From NCBI GenBank assembly GCA_016219025.1, contig JACRCM010000163.1:329-64328 (forward strand): DNA of 64,000 nucleotides, in the 5' to 3' direction. Source of the DNA: Deltaproteobacteria bacterium (GTDB taxonomy: Bacteria; Desulfobacterota; GWC2-55-46). Position 1 is the first letter of the stretch. Each line of letters starts with the position of its first letter. Position numbers and translations under genes: made by a program. Below are positions 55,964 to 64,000 of this stretch, one piece after another. The notes beneath the pieces are model-generated. The model searched no databases. It saw only the letters and a program-made list of their open reading frames with translations, and was not told the DNA's origin.

Positions 55964-57022
55964 TTAAAACCCCTCCTCGAATATATTGGCGAACTCGGCG
56001 TTGGCCCGCTCAAGGTCGTCGAGCCTGCCTATGTCGAGCCAGTACTCGCGTATCGGGAATACCGCCGCCTCCTGTTTCTGCTCAAGGAGTTTCTTGAAAA
56101 GGGCGGGCATGTCGAACGGCGTATCCCTGGGTATCTCCTTTAACACCTTCGGCTCGATAACGTAGATGCCAGCGCTCACGAAGAACCGCTGAACGGGTTT
56201 TTCCTCTATGCTCACGAGCCTGTGCCTGTCGACCTTAACGACGCCGTAGGGTACCTGAAAGTCGTAGTTGCGCACGCACATGGTTGCCGCCGCGCCCGAC
56301 TCCGCGTGAAAGTTCAGGAGGTTGGCGAAGTTCACCCTGGTGAGCAGGTCTCCGTTCATGACGAATATGGGTTTGTCGAACCTGCCCGCGAGCATGGAGA
56401 GCGACCCTGCCGTGCCGAGCGCGCCGTTCTCGCGGATATAGTCTATCTTCACGCCCCAGTCCGACCCGTCGCCGAAGTGGTCTTCTATCATTTCGGCCTT
56501 GTAGTTTATGGAGATGTAGAACCGCTTCAGGCCGTATTCGACGAAGTTCTCGATTATGGTCTCAAGTATCGGTTTGTTGCCGACCTTTATGAGAGGCTTG
56601 GGCGTGGAGTCGGTGAGGGGACGGAGCCTGCTGCCGAGCCCGCCCGCCATGAGGACGACCGCGTTGTCGCGCTCCGCGTCCACGATTACCTCGTCGAGGA
56701 GCTGGAGCCCTACGAGGCGGCCGTCGCCGTCCACTATGGGAATCTGGTGGATGGACTTCGCCTTCATTATGGATAGGACGGTGGAGCGGGCCTCGTTGTG
56801 CTTGACCGTGGTCGGGGCCGGGTTCATGATTGTTTCGACCGGGTCCGCGAGCGTCGTGCCCTTGAGTATGGCGCGGCGCACGTCGCCGTCGGTGACGGTG
56901 CCCTTGAGGACGCCGTCCGCGTCCGCCACGAGCGCGATCTGCGCGCCGCTCTTGTCGATTATCTCTATCGCCGCCTTCATTGAAGTCCGGGGCGTGGTTA
57001 CGACCTTCCTCCAATCCTTCAT
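55964..57022 (-). CDS. Sugar-phosphate nucleotidyltransferase with N-terminal tandem CBS domains (PtmE-like; candidate GlcN-1-P guanylyltransferase of the legionaminic acid pathway).
   Basis: Two CBS modules, then the NTP_transferase motif LMAGGLGSRLRPLTDSTPKPL. Confidence 0.75.
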   Translation of the reverse strand: MKDWRKVVTTPRTSMKAAIEIIDKSGAQIALVADADGVLKGTVTDGDVRRAILKGTTLADPVETIMNPAPTTVKHNEARSTVLSIMKAKSIHQIPIVDGDGRLVGLQLLDEVIVDAERDNAVVLMAGGLGSRLRPLTDSTPKPLIKVGNKPILETIIENFVEYGLKRFYISINYKAEMIEDHFGDGSDWGVKIDYIRENGALGTAGSLSMLAGRFDKPIFVMNGDLLTRVNFANLLNFHAESGAAATMCVRNYDFQVPYGVVKVDRHRLVSIEEKPVQRFFVSAGIYVIEPKVLKEIPRDTPFDMPALFKKLLEQKQEAAVFPIREYWLDIGRLDDLERANAEFANIFEEGF

Positions 57023-57040
57023 CTCTCAATCTCCCGCGCT

Positions 57041-57163
57041 GAGACCTCTCAAAAAGTCCGTCTGCTTCGTTGACTTCGTCGCTCCTCACTGCGGCGTATA
57101 CGCAAAATACGCCTCATTCGTCGCTCCTCGTCGCCTCACATCCGGAGCTTTTTGAGAGGTCTC
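57041..57163. repeat. MITE-like repeat family 1, compact copy with 20-bp terminal inverted repeats, in the ptmE-like / neuD-like gap.
   Basis: GAGACCTCTCAAAAAGTCCG ... CCGGAGCTTTTTGAGAGGTCTC terminal inverted repeats; internal TTCGTCGCTCCTC direct repeat; 21-nt identity with 9424-9444. Confidence 0.7.
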
Positions 57164-57171
57164 ACGAGTTT

Positions 57172-57804
57172 TTAAAGTTTTCGCGCCGGAACCCCGGCAA
57201 CCGTCGCGCCGCTCTCCACGTCTTTTGTTACTACCGCGCCGGCGGCGATCAACGCCCACTGGCCGATAGTCAGATACTGTATGACGGTCGCGCCCGCGCC
57301 GATGTGCGTCCCGTTGCCGACGGCGACCCCGCCGCAGAGCGTGGCCCCCGGGGCGACGTGCGCATGGCCGCCTATCACGCAGTCATGGTCTATTGCCGCG
57401 CCGGTATTCACTATGGCGTTTTGCCCGATGACCGCGCCCGTCTGAATGACCGCGCCCGCCATTATCTGGCAGCCTTCGCCGAGCCGCGCCTCAGGCGCTA
57501 TGACGGCGGACGGGTGTATGACCGTTGCAAAACTGAAACCCTTTGCCTTGAACCTCGCAAAGACCTCTTGCCGCCTTGTGGGCGTTCCGGTTGAGCCTAT
57601 CCCATTGACCAACAGGACGCCCCCGGCCGGGCGTTGAGAGACCGCCTCGTCGCCGCCGATTATCGGCACGCCGAGCAGCTCTTGTCCGTGCCTTGAGGCG
57701 TCGGCGTCGGTTACGCCGATGACCTCGGCGGAGCGCAGCCTCAGCGCGTCAATCAACACCTTCGCGTGTCCGCCGCCGCCGATAATGATAATTGGTAGGT
57801 TCAT
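57172..57804 (-). CDS. NeuD/PglD-family hexapeptide acyltransferase (LegH/PseH-like sugar N-acetyltransferase).
   Basis: MNLPIIIIGGGGHAKV N-terminal Rossmann-like domain plus a left-handed beta-helix. Start at MNLP; the longer ORF N-terminus is encoded by the tandem repeat. Confidence 0.8.
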   Translation of the reverse strand: MNLPIIIIGGGGHAKVLIDALRLRSAEVIGVTDADASRHGQELLGVPIIGGDEAVSQRPAGGVLLVNGIGSTGTPTRRQEVFARFKAKGFSFATVIHPSAVIAPEARLGEGCQIMAGAVIQTGAVIGQNAIVNTGAAIDHDCVIGGHAHVAPGATLCGGVAVGNGTHIGAGATVIQYLTIGQWALIAAGAVVTKDVESGATVAGVPARKL

Positions 57805-57810
57805 CTCTTT

Positions 57811-57966
57811 AACGCGGGCGTTCCATGTCTGCCCCCGAACTCTCAAGAGGCGCCCCGCTTTTAACGCGGGCGTTCCATGTCTGCCCCCGAACTCTCAAGA
57901 GGCGCCCCGCTTTTAACGCGGGCGTTCCGCGCCGACATCCGAACTTTTAAGAGGCGCCCCGCTTTC
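57811..57966. repeat. Tandem direct repeat, 3 x 52 bp: two identical units and one diverged. The third unit encodes the C-terminal tail of NeuB.
   Basis: Unit AACGCGGGCGTTCCATGTCTGCCCCCGAACTCTCAAGAGGCGCCCCGCTTTT at 57811, 57863 and 57915. Confidence 0.8.
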
Positions 57967-59040
57967 CACCGGCTCGTCTTTGCGGAACGCCCTTGGAGCC
58001 GTCTTGCCGAGCATCTCCCAATAAAAAAGAGGGGAGAGGCCGGTGCCAGGCCGCTTGACGGCCAGGTTCTCCTCGGTGAAGACCTCGCCTTTTTTTATAT
58101 CGCGGCCAGCCACGAGGCTCTTCCTCGCAACGCCCATGTTCTGCGCCTCAGACGGCGCGGGCGCTTTTTCGCCGGTCCCAAGGGCGGACTCGATCTGCCT
58201 TATCGAACGGACCATCTCTTCCAACCCATCCGGCTCAAGGGAGGCCCTGTGGTCAGGCCCCGGCAGACCCCTGTCGAGCGTCACGTGCTTTTCTATCACG
58301 CAGGCACCGAGCGCGGCGGCGGCTATGGCGACGGCGATGCCCTCGGTATGGTCTGAAAGCCCGACCGGCAGCCTGAACGCGGAGCGCATAGTCTCCATGG
58401 CCCGGAGGTTCACGTCCTCGAATGGCGCGGGATACTCGGTGGTGCAGTGCAGGAGCGTTACCTTTCCGCCAAGCGCCTTTTTCCCGGCCTCGCCCTCATA
58501 AGCCTCCCGGAACCCGTCTATGGACGGGGCGTTTCCCTGCCTCGTATAACCGAACGCCAGCACCCCGAGGCCGGTCTCTATCTCCGTGAGCGTGGACATG
58601 CCCGTTGAGAGGATTATGCGCGTGCCGGTCCTCGCGGCCTCCAATAACAACGGGGCGTTTGTTATCTCGCCCGAAGGGATTTTTAATACCGGCAGCGCGA
58701 ACCGCTCCGTCAGCATGGCCACGCTCTTTAGATCGAAAGGCGTCGAGAGGAACTGGATGCCGCGCATCTTTGAATGCGCTATAATCTCCGCATGGGCGGC
58801 CTCGTCAAGCTCCAGCCGCTTCAACATCTCGAACTGGGTCTCGCCGTTGCCCGTGGCCTCTATCTGGTACCGGGCCTTGTCCGCCGAGGCGCTCACGAGG
58901 GCCTCGGCCCTGAAGGTCTGAAACTTCACGGCGTCCGCGCCCGCGCCAGCGGCCGCGTCGATGAGCCGTTTTGCCATCTCCATGCTGCCGTTGTGGTTCA
59001 CCCCGGCCTCGGCGATTATGTATGCCCGCGGCGCCCTCAT
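57913..59040 (-). CDS. N-acetylneuraminate-type (nonulosonic acid) synthase, NeuB/LegI family.
   Basis: YIIAEAGVNHNG N-terminal TIM-barrel motif and a C-terminal SAF domain. Confidence 0.85.
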   Translation of the reverse strand: MRAPRAYIIAEAGVNHNGSMEMAKRLIDAAAGAGADAVKFQTFRAEALVSASADKARYQIEATGNGETQFEMLKRLELDEAAHAEIIAHSKMRGIQFLSTPFDLKSVAMLTERFALPVLKIPSGEITNAPLLLEAARTGTRIILSTGMSTLTEIETGLGVLAFGYTRQGNAPSIDGFREAYEGEAGKKALGGKVTLLHCTTEYPAPFEDVNLRAMETMRSAFRLPVGLSDHTEGIAVAIAAAALGACVIEKHVTLDRGLPGPDHRASLEPDGLEEMVRSIRQIESALGTGEKAPAPSEAQNMGVARKSLVAGRDIKKGEVFTEENLAVKRPGTGLSPLFYWEMLGKTAPRAFRKDEPVESGAPLKSSDVGAERPR

Positions 59041-60461
59041 CTCTTGCCCGGCCCGCTCAAGCGGGCTTTTATAGCGCGTTTTATCCTGCGCCCTGCCACT
59101 CCGAGCGCGTAGGAGCCGTATTCAAGCGGCCTCTTCTTCAAATAGTTATGCGTCGCCGCGAAGTGGAGTCTGCGCCGCTGGGCAAGGAATTCCGCGTCGC
59201 CCATCTCCGTCATGTTGAGAAGGCCGCCAGCGAGGTTATAGCCGGAGTCGAGCCTCAGGAGATAATCCTCTTCGTCTTTTATCAAACCCTTTTGCAGGCA
59301 GTCCTGATATAGCCGCGTGCCGGGGATCGGCGTTGTGGTGAAACTTATGAACGGATGGTCTATCTCCTCGAAGAAACGGATGGTGGCGTCGACCGTCTTC
59401 GCGTTCTCGCCCGGATAACCGTACATATACTGGATTATCGGCGTTATGCCTATCTCCTGAGTGAGTTTGATGGCCGGGACTATCAATTCCGCCTTGAGCC
59501 TCTTGTTCATAGCGTCGAGGATCGACTGCGTGACCGATTCGACGCCGTAGCCGACCTCTATACAGCCCGCGTCCTTCATTGCGGTCAGTATCTCCCTGTC
59601 CACCTGGTTTATCCTGCCCTGGCACGACCATGTCACATCGAGTCTTTTAAGTTCCTCGCAGAGTTGAAGCGTCCTTTTTTTGTTGACGAGGAGGAGCTCG
59701 TCGTTGAATTGAAGGTGGTTGACGCCGTATCTCTCCTTCAGCCCGGCAATCTCCTCGACGACGCCTCCGATGGAGCGCAGCCGCATCCCCTCGAACGTCT
59801 TGGAGCAGTAGTTGCAACTGTAGGCGCAACCCCTGCCAGCGAGTATGTCCGCGGTCCGCCTCGGAACGTCCCTTGTCGCGGAACTCACCCTGTGCGACCT
59901 CTCGAAGGCGGCGCTATCGAGTATCTTCTCGAACGCGAAGAGTTCCCTGTTGGGGAATCCGAGGGAGTCGAGGTCCGTTACAGCCTTCCTCGGAGGCGTT
60001 GCCGTTATCCCGCCGTCTTTTAAGACGGCGACGCCTTTGACGGTATCGAGCCTGTCAAAGTTCTGAAGCAGGTCTACGATGGTAAGCTCCCCCTCCCGGA
60101 GCACGCAGACGTCGACGCCGGTCTTTTTAAGTATTATGCCGTGGCTGAACGTCGGCCCGGCCCCGCCGCATATTATCGGGACGTTGGGATAACGCCCCTT
60201 GAGCCGCAGCGAGAGTTCCTTGAGATATTTATACTGAGTCGCATACGCGCTTATGCCGAAAAAATCAAAGCCCGCGAAGCCGGCCTTATCGAGCGCCTCA
60301 TCCACGGAATACTGCATGCCCCACAGGTCTATGGCCTCGTGGCCGATGCCCGCGTCGGCAAGGCAATTGGAGATGTAGCCGAGCCCGAGCGGGTAGGATG
60401 AGGGCAGCCTTGATAGGCCGTCCCCGTAGAAGTGCGGAAGCTGTATGAGCGCGATCTTCAT
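59037..60461 (-). CDS. Cobalamin-binding-domain radical SAM protein (class B radical SAM, putative C-methyltransferase or other radical modifier).
   Basis: N-terminal B12-binding-like Rossmann region (KIALIQLP..., GFDFFGIS..., ICGGAGPT). Radical SAM cluster motif AGRGCAYSCNYCS. ATGA overlaps on both sides, with neuC upstream and neuB downstream. Confidence 0.75.
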   Translation of the reverse strand: MKIALIQLPHFYGDGLSRLPSSYPLGLGYISNCLADAGIGHEAIDLWGMQYSVDEALDKAGFAGFDFFGISAYATQYKYLKELSLRLKGRYPNVPIICGGAGPTFSHGIILKKTGVDVCVLREGELTIVDLLQNFDRLDTVKGVAVLKDGGITATPPRKAVTDLDSLGFPNRELFAFEKILDSAAFERSHRVSSATRDVPRRTADILAGRGCAYSCNYCSKTFEGMRLRSIGGVVEEIAGLKERYGVNHLQFNDELLLVNKKRTLQLCEELKRLDVTWSCQGRINQVDREILTAMKDAGCIEVGYGVESVTQSILDAMNKRLKAELIVPAIKLTQEIGITPIIQYMYGYPGENAKTVDATIRFFEEIDHPFISFTTTPIPGTRLYQDCLQKGLIKDEEDYLLRLDSGYNLAGGLLNMTEMGDAEFLAQRRRLHFAATHNYLKKRPLEYGSYALGVAGRRIKRAIKARLSGPGKR

Positions 60462-61621
60462 GCGATGTCGTGGAACTTCTTTGTCAGGATGCCGCCGAGG
60501 TCAACGTCCCTCAACACGTCTTTTATCCGGCCTGACGTTAAGCCGTCCCCGTAAGGCGGAATAGACGCTTCGAGCGTCTTTTTGAACTCAGGGGAGAGCG
60601 CCTTTTTAATCGCCGCCGCTATCGCGTCCGAGGTCTCGGCGCAGTCTATGACCGAGGCGGCCCTGATGCGCCCCTTCTGGCGGTCTCCGACGTTCACGGC
60701 TGGCCTTTTCATGGCCGGGGCTTCGATTATCCCGCTCGATGAGTTGCCCACGACGCAATCAACGAGGCTCATCGCGCTCAGGTATTTCAGTTGGCCGAGG
60801 GACGTTATTGCCTTGACCCTCTCAGGGTTCGCGGCGGCGTAAGCGTCTATCTCCCGCGCTATCACGCGGGATGCCGTGTCCGCGTTCGGCTTTGTGAAGA
60901 TTACACCGGCCTCTGGAAAGCGGCCAAGGGCGGATATAAGCTCGCGCATCGCAATGGCCGGGGTCTCGGCGCTTAGCGTCACAGGGTGATAGGTCACGAG
61001 GAAGTTGACCTTGCCGAGCCTCCACGCAAGCGCCTCCTCAAGCTCCGGTCTTGAGAGGAGTTTGAGCCGCTTTATATTGTCGAGCCCCGGCGCGCCGAAG
61101 TTGAAGACCCGCTCCGGCGCCTCCCCCATCTGTATGACGCGCCTTTTGTAAGGCTCGGCTGCGGTGAAGTGCAGGTGGGACATCTTGGTTATGGCGTGCC
61201 TTATGTATTCGTCGATCGCGCCTTCGGTCGTCTCTCCGCCGTGTATGTGCGCCACTGGTATCCGCGACGTCATTGCGGCCTGCGCCGCCGCCAGCATCTC
61301 GTATCTGTCCCCGAGGAGAACGAGCACGTCGGGCGAGAGGCGGGCGAGCGCGTCGGCAAAGCCTATCGTCCCAAGCCCGATGGATTTGGCTATGCCAACC
61401 GGCGTGTCGCTCGATAGGAGCATCTCGACCTTTTCGTCGATGGCGAAGCCGTCTTCCTCTATGACCCTGTAAGTCAGGCCGAACTCCGGGGAGAGATGGG
61501 AAGCCGTGGCGATTATCTGGAGGTCGAGGCCCGGGTCGGCCTCGACCTCCTTCATAAGATAGTAGAGGAGGCCGTATTCGGCGCGGCTGCCCGTGACTAT
61601 GCAGACCCTCCGTTTACGCAC
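60458..61621 (-). CDS. Hydrolysing UDP/GDP-N-acetylglucosamine-type 2-epimerase (NeuC/LegG family).
   Basis: VCIVTGSRAEYGLL, HIHGGE and the GNSSSG motif. Confidence 0.85.
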   Translation of the reverse strand: MRKRRVCIVTGSRAEYGLLYYLMKEVEADPGLDLQIIATASHLSPEFGLTYRVIEEDGFAIDEKVEMLLSSDTPVGIAKSIGLGTIGFADALARLSPDVLVLLGDRYEMLAAAQAAMTSRIPVAHIHGGETTEGAIDEYIRHAITKMSHLHFTAAEPYKRRVIQMGEAPERVFNFGAPGLDNIKRLKLLSRPELEEALAWRLGKVNFLVTYHPVTLSAETPAIAMRELISALGRFPEAGVIFTKPNADTASRVIAREIDAYAAANPERVKAITSLGQLKYLSAMSLVDCVVGNSSSGIIEAPAMKRPAVNVGDRQKGRIRAASVIDCAETSDAIAAAIKKALSPEFKKTLEASIPPYGDGLTSGRIKDVLRDVDLGGILTKKFHDIA

Positions 61622-62795
61622 GGTCTGCCCCCAATGCCGCGCTGCTCGGTATGTTTATGAGCCTTCTCTCGATGGATTCGGCCACCGGCGTGTCCATCCC
61701 CGGACATCCCTTGAACATGGGAAGCCTCTGCATGAGCGTCCATGCGGGCCGGGTCGTGATGCCCTCGGCGTTCGTAAGCTCAAGGAGCCTGTCGCGCTCA
61801 TGCGCGAAAGACTCGTCAAGGAGGATGGCGTTGAGCCAGTAGTTGCTCCTGGCGAAGGCCGGTTCCGTAAAAAACCGCACGCCGTCCATGCCCTCGAACG
61901 CGGCGCGGTACCTCTCGGCGAGTCTCCGTTTATCGGCCAGGAATTCAGTCATGCGCTCAAGCTGGGCGCAGCCTATGGCCGCGTTGACGTTCGGCATCCT
62001 GTAGTTGTATCCGGCCATGTCGTGCGCTATGGCCCACCTGTGCGCCACCCTCGCGGTGGTGGTTATGTGCTTGGCGAGGCGTCCGAGTCCCTCGTCGTTC
62101 GTAAGTATGGCCCCGCCCCCGCCCGTGGTGATTATCTTGTTGCCGTTGAAGCTGAGGGCGGACAACCTGCCGAACGTCCCGGTGTGAGCGCCCTTGTAGA
62201 ACGAGCCGAGCGACTCTGCCGCGTCCTCGATAAGGGTGAGGTTGAAACGCCCGCAAAGCTCCATGAGCGCTTCGATGTCAACCGGGTGCCCGAAGGTGTG
62301 CATGGGCACGACGGCCTTTATCCTCCTGCCGGTGCGCTTATTCATGCAAGGGCCGCCGGAGACCGTTGTTATCTCTTTCAGGTGTTCCTCAAGCCTTCGC
62401 GGGTCGAGTCCGAGCGTGCGCTCCGAACTGTCCGCAAGGTGCGGCACCGCGCCGCAATAGGTCACGGCGTTGGCCGTGGCCACGAAGGTAAGCGCCGGGA
62501 TTATGACCTCGTCATCGGGTTCCACCCCGGCAAGTTTCAGGCAAATGTGAAGGGCCGCCGTGCCGTTTACCACCGCCACGGCGCGCTTTGCGCCGGTGTA
62601 GGCGGCAAGGTCTGATTCAAACCTATCTACGAACTTGCCGAGCGACGAGACCCAGCCCGTATCGAGACACTCCTTAACGTAGGCCCATTCGTTGCCGCAA
62701 AACCGCGGCTCATGGAGTCCGGCCGCGCCGCCACCCGGCGGCAGGATTCCTCTTAACGCCCGGATTATCCGGCCTGAGTCCACGCCAGCCGTCAT
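61614..62795 (-). CDS. DegT/DnrJ/EryC1/StrS-family PLP aminotransferase (LegC/PseC-like).
   Basis: NGTAALH, the PLP-lysine region SFNGNKIITTGGGG, and the GNEWAYVKECLD N-terminal motif. Start taken at MTAGV (ATGA overlap with the next gene). Confidence 0.8.
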   Translation of the reverse strand: MTAGVDSGRIIRALRGILPPGGGAAGLHEPRFCGNEWAYVKECLDTGWVSSLGKFVDRFESDLAAYTGAKRAVAVVNGTAALHICLKLAGVEPDDEVIIPALTFVATANAVTYCGAVPHLADSSERTLGLDPRRLEEHLKEITTVSGGPCMNKRTGRRIKAVVPMHTFGHPVDIEALMELCGRFNLTLIEDAAESLGSFYKGAHTGTFGRLSALSFNGNKIITTGGGGAILTNDEGLGRLAKHITTTARVAHRWAIAHDMAGYNYRMPNVNAAIGCAQLERMTEFLADKRRLAERYRAAFEGMDGVRFFTEPAFARSNYWLNAILLDESFAHERDRLLELTNAEGITTRPAWTLMQRLPMFKGCPGMDTPVAESIERRLINIPSSAALGADRA

Positions 62796-63811
62796 ATATT
62801 GTAGATGCCCGCTTTGTAGCATTTCAGGTTTTCTGGGTTGGTGAACCACGCCACGGTCTCGGCGAGCCCGCGTCTCATGCCCGCCACGCCCGCGTAGGAC
62901 GGCTCCCATCCGAGGAGCCGCTTGGCCTTGGAGTTGTCCGCCCAGAGCCGCTCCACCTCGCTCTTTTCAGGCCGGAGCCTCTCTCCGTCGGTCTCTATGC
63001 GGATGCCGGCCCCCATGATGGAGGCGATTTCCTTGACCGTGTCTCCGATGGAAATCTCGAAGTTGCTCCCGCCGTTTATGACCTCTCCTACGGAGGCAGG
63101 GGACTGCGCCGCCGCGATGAAGAGCCTGACCGTGTCGGAGACGTAGCTGAAGTCCCGCGTGGGGTGGAGGGAGCCGAGTTTTATCGTTTTTTGCCCGGAC
63201 GCTATCTGGGTTATCACCGTGGGGATGACCGCCCTCGCGGACTGGCGCGGGCCGTAGGTGTTGAAGGGGCGCACTATGGAGACGGGCGTCTTGAATGCGT
63301 TATAGAACGAGATGGCCATCTGATCCGCGCCGATCTTGGATGCGGAGTACGGGGACTGCCCCTGGAGCGGGTGGTCTTCGGTTATCGGCACGAACCGCGC
63401 CGTGCCGTAGACCTCGCTCGTGGAGGTGTGCACCACCTTTTCCACGCCGAGTTCCCTTGCGGCCTGCACCACGTTGAGAGTGCCCTTGACGTTCGTGTCA
63501 ACGTAGGTGTCGGGCGAATGGTATGAGTAGGGTATGGCGATGAGCGCGGCAAGGTGCATGACCGCGCCGCAGCCCTTCATGGCGGTCCTCACGCCGTGCG
63601 GGTCTCTTATGTCGCCCGCGAATACGTCGAGGCCGTCCAGTATCTCCTTATGAGACCCGTCGAGCCACCCCCACGAGTTGAATGAGTTGTACATGACGAA
63701 CGCGCGCACGTCGTGGCCCCGGCGCACAAGCTCCTCCGTAAGGTGCGAGCCGATGAACCCGTCCGCGCCGGTGACAAGAATCTTTTTATTTTTCAGATAC
63801 GTATCCTGCAC
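62792..63811 (-). CDS. NAD-dependent nucleotide-sugar 4,6-dehydratase (LegB/PseB-like SDR).
   Basis: ILVTGADGFIGSH Rossmann motif, TSTSEVYG, and YSASKIGAD (YxxxK). Confidence 0.8.
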   Translation of the reverse strand: MQDTYLKNKKILVTGADGFIGSHLTEELVRRGHDVRAFVMYNSFNSWGWLDGSHKEILDGLDVFAGDIRDPHGVRTAMKGCGAVMHLAALIAIPYSYHSPDTYVDTNVKGTLNVVQAARELGVEKVVHTSTSEVYGTARFVPITEDHPLQGQSPYSASKIGADQMAISFYNAFKTPVSIVRPFNTYGPRQSARAVIPTVITQIASGQKTIKLGSLHPTRDFSYVSDTVRLFIAAAQSPASVGEVINGGSNFEISIGDTVKEIASIMGAGIRIETDGERLRPEKSEVERLWADNSKAKRLLGWEPSYAGVAGMRRGLAETVAWFTNPENLKCYKAGIYNI

Positions 63812-64000
63812 CCAAATCCTCTCTGGTTGATAACCGGATAAGCCCGGTTGAACTGCGCGGCCGAACGAGGCTTGCGCGGGGAAAGCGCGGGGGAGCGGAT
63901 GCCCGTGGCGGAGTTGCTTTAAGGAAAGACCGCAGTGGCGGCCAAGCTGAAAACCTCACGAGGTTCCGCAAAATCCACAGGCCGCCGGGCCGCGGCGGAC

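Noticed and set aside
57811-57966. CRISPR array.
   Set aside because: Only three units of 52 bp, directly abutting with no spacers. The third unit is a diverged copy of the same sequence. No cas genes in the window.

Overview
This window is high-GC (about 65%) chromosomal DNA from a diderm (Gram-negative) bacterium, and almost every gene lies on the minus strand. Features in order:

- **1-437:** 3' remnant of a Dam-type DNA methyltransferase with an in-frame TGA.
- **693-11701:** a contiguous pentose-phosphate and sugar-entry operon (aspC, pgl, glk, zwf, gnd, a Tal-Pgi fusion, tkt), then a 445-bp repeat-filled spacer.
- **11717-13539:** a low-GC HindIII-family type II R-M island.
- **13664-19194:** DUF502, panD, panC, panB, a deoxynucleoside kinase, ksgA and tsaD.
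- **19249-21149:** a second low-GC type II R-M island with an uncharacterised endonuclease.
- **21276-24754:** a cysteine desulfurase gene and a PAS hybrid histidine kinase.
- **24924-37924:** an envelope operon: lysS, lolE, a TPR protein with two cNMP-binding domains, lolD, bamA, skp, lpxD, fabZ, lpxA, a GnnA-like oxidoreductase, lpxB.
- **38219-63811:** a roughly 25-kb surface-glycan cluster. It contains a CDP-6-deoxyhexose module (rfbF, rfbG, a cupin epimerase, SDR enzymes), glycosyltransferases, an ABC exporter, and a complete legionaminic-acid-type nonulosonic acid core (LegB, LegC, NeuC/LegG, NeuB/LegI, NeuD/LegH-like, a PtmE-like CBS-nucleotidyltransferase, a Gfo/Idh/MocA enzyme and an SDR enzyme). 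The core carries three atypical enzymes: a cobalamin-binding radical SAM protein, a nitrilase-superfamily hydrolase, and a cytidylyltransferase fused to a class III aminotransferase.

At least three small dispersed repeat families (MITE-like) populate the intergenic gaps. One 182-bp element sits between lpxA and the downstream oxidoreductase, flanked by a 21-bp direct duplication that carries the former lpxA stop / oxidoreductase start overlap. A 3 x 52 bp tandem repeat sits inside the nonulosonic acid operon. I did not recognise any rRNA, tRNA or CRISPR. All similarity claims rest on reading motifs from memory; none were database-checked.
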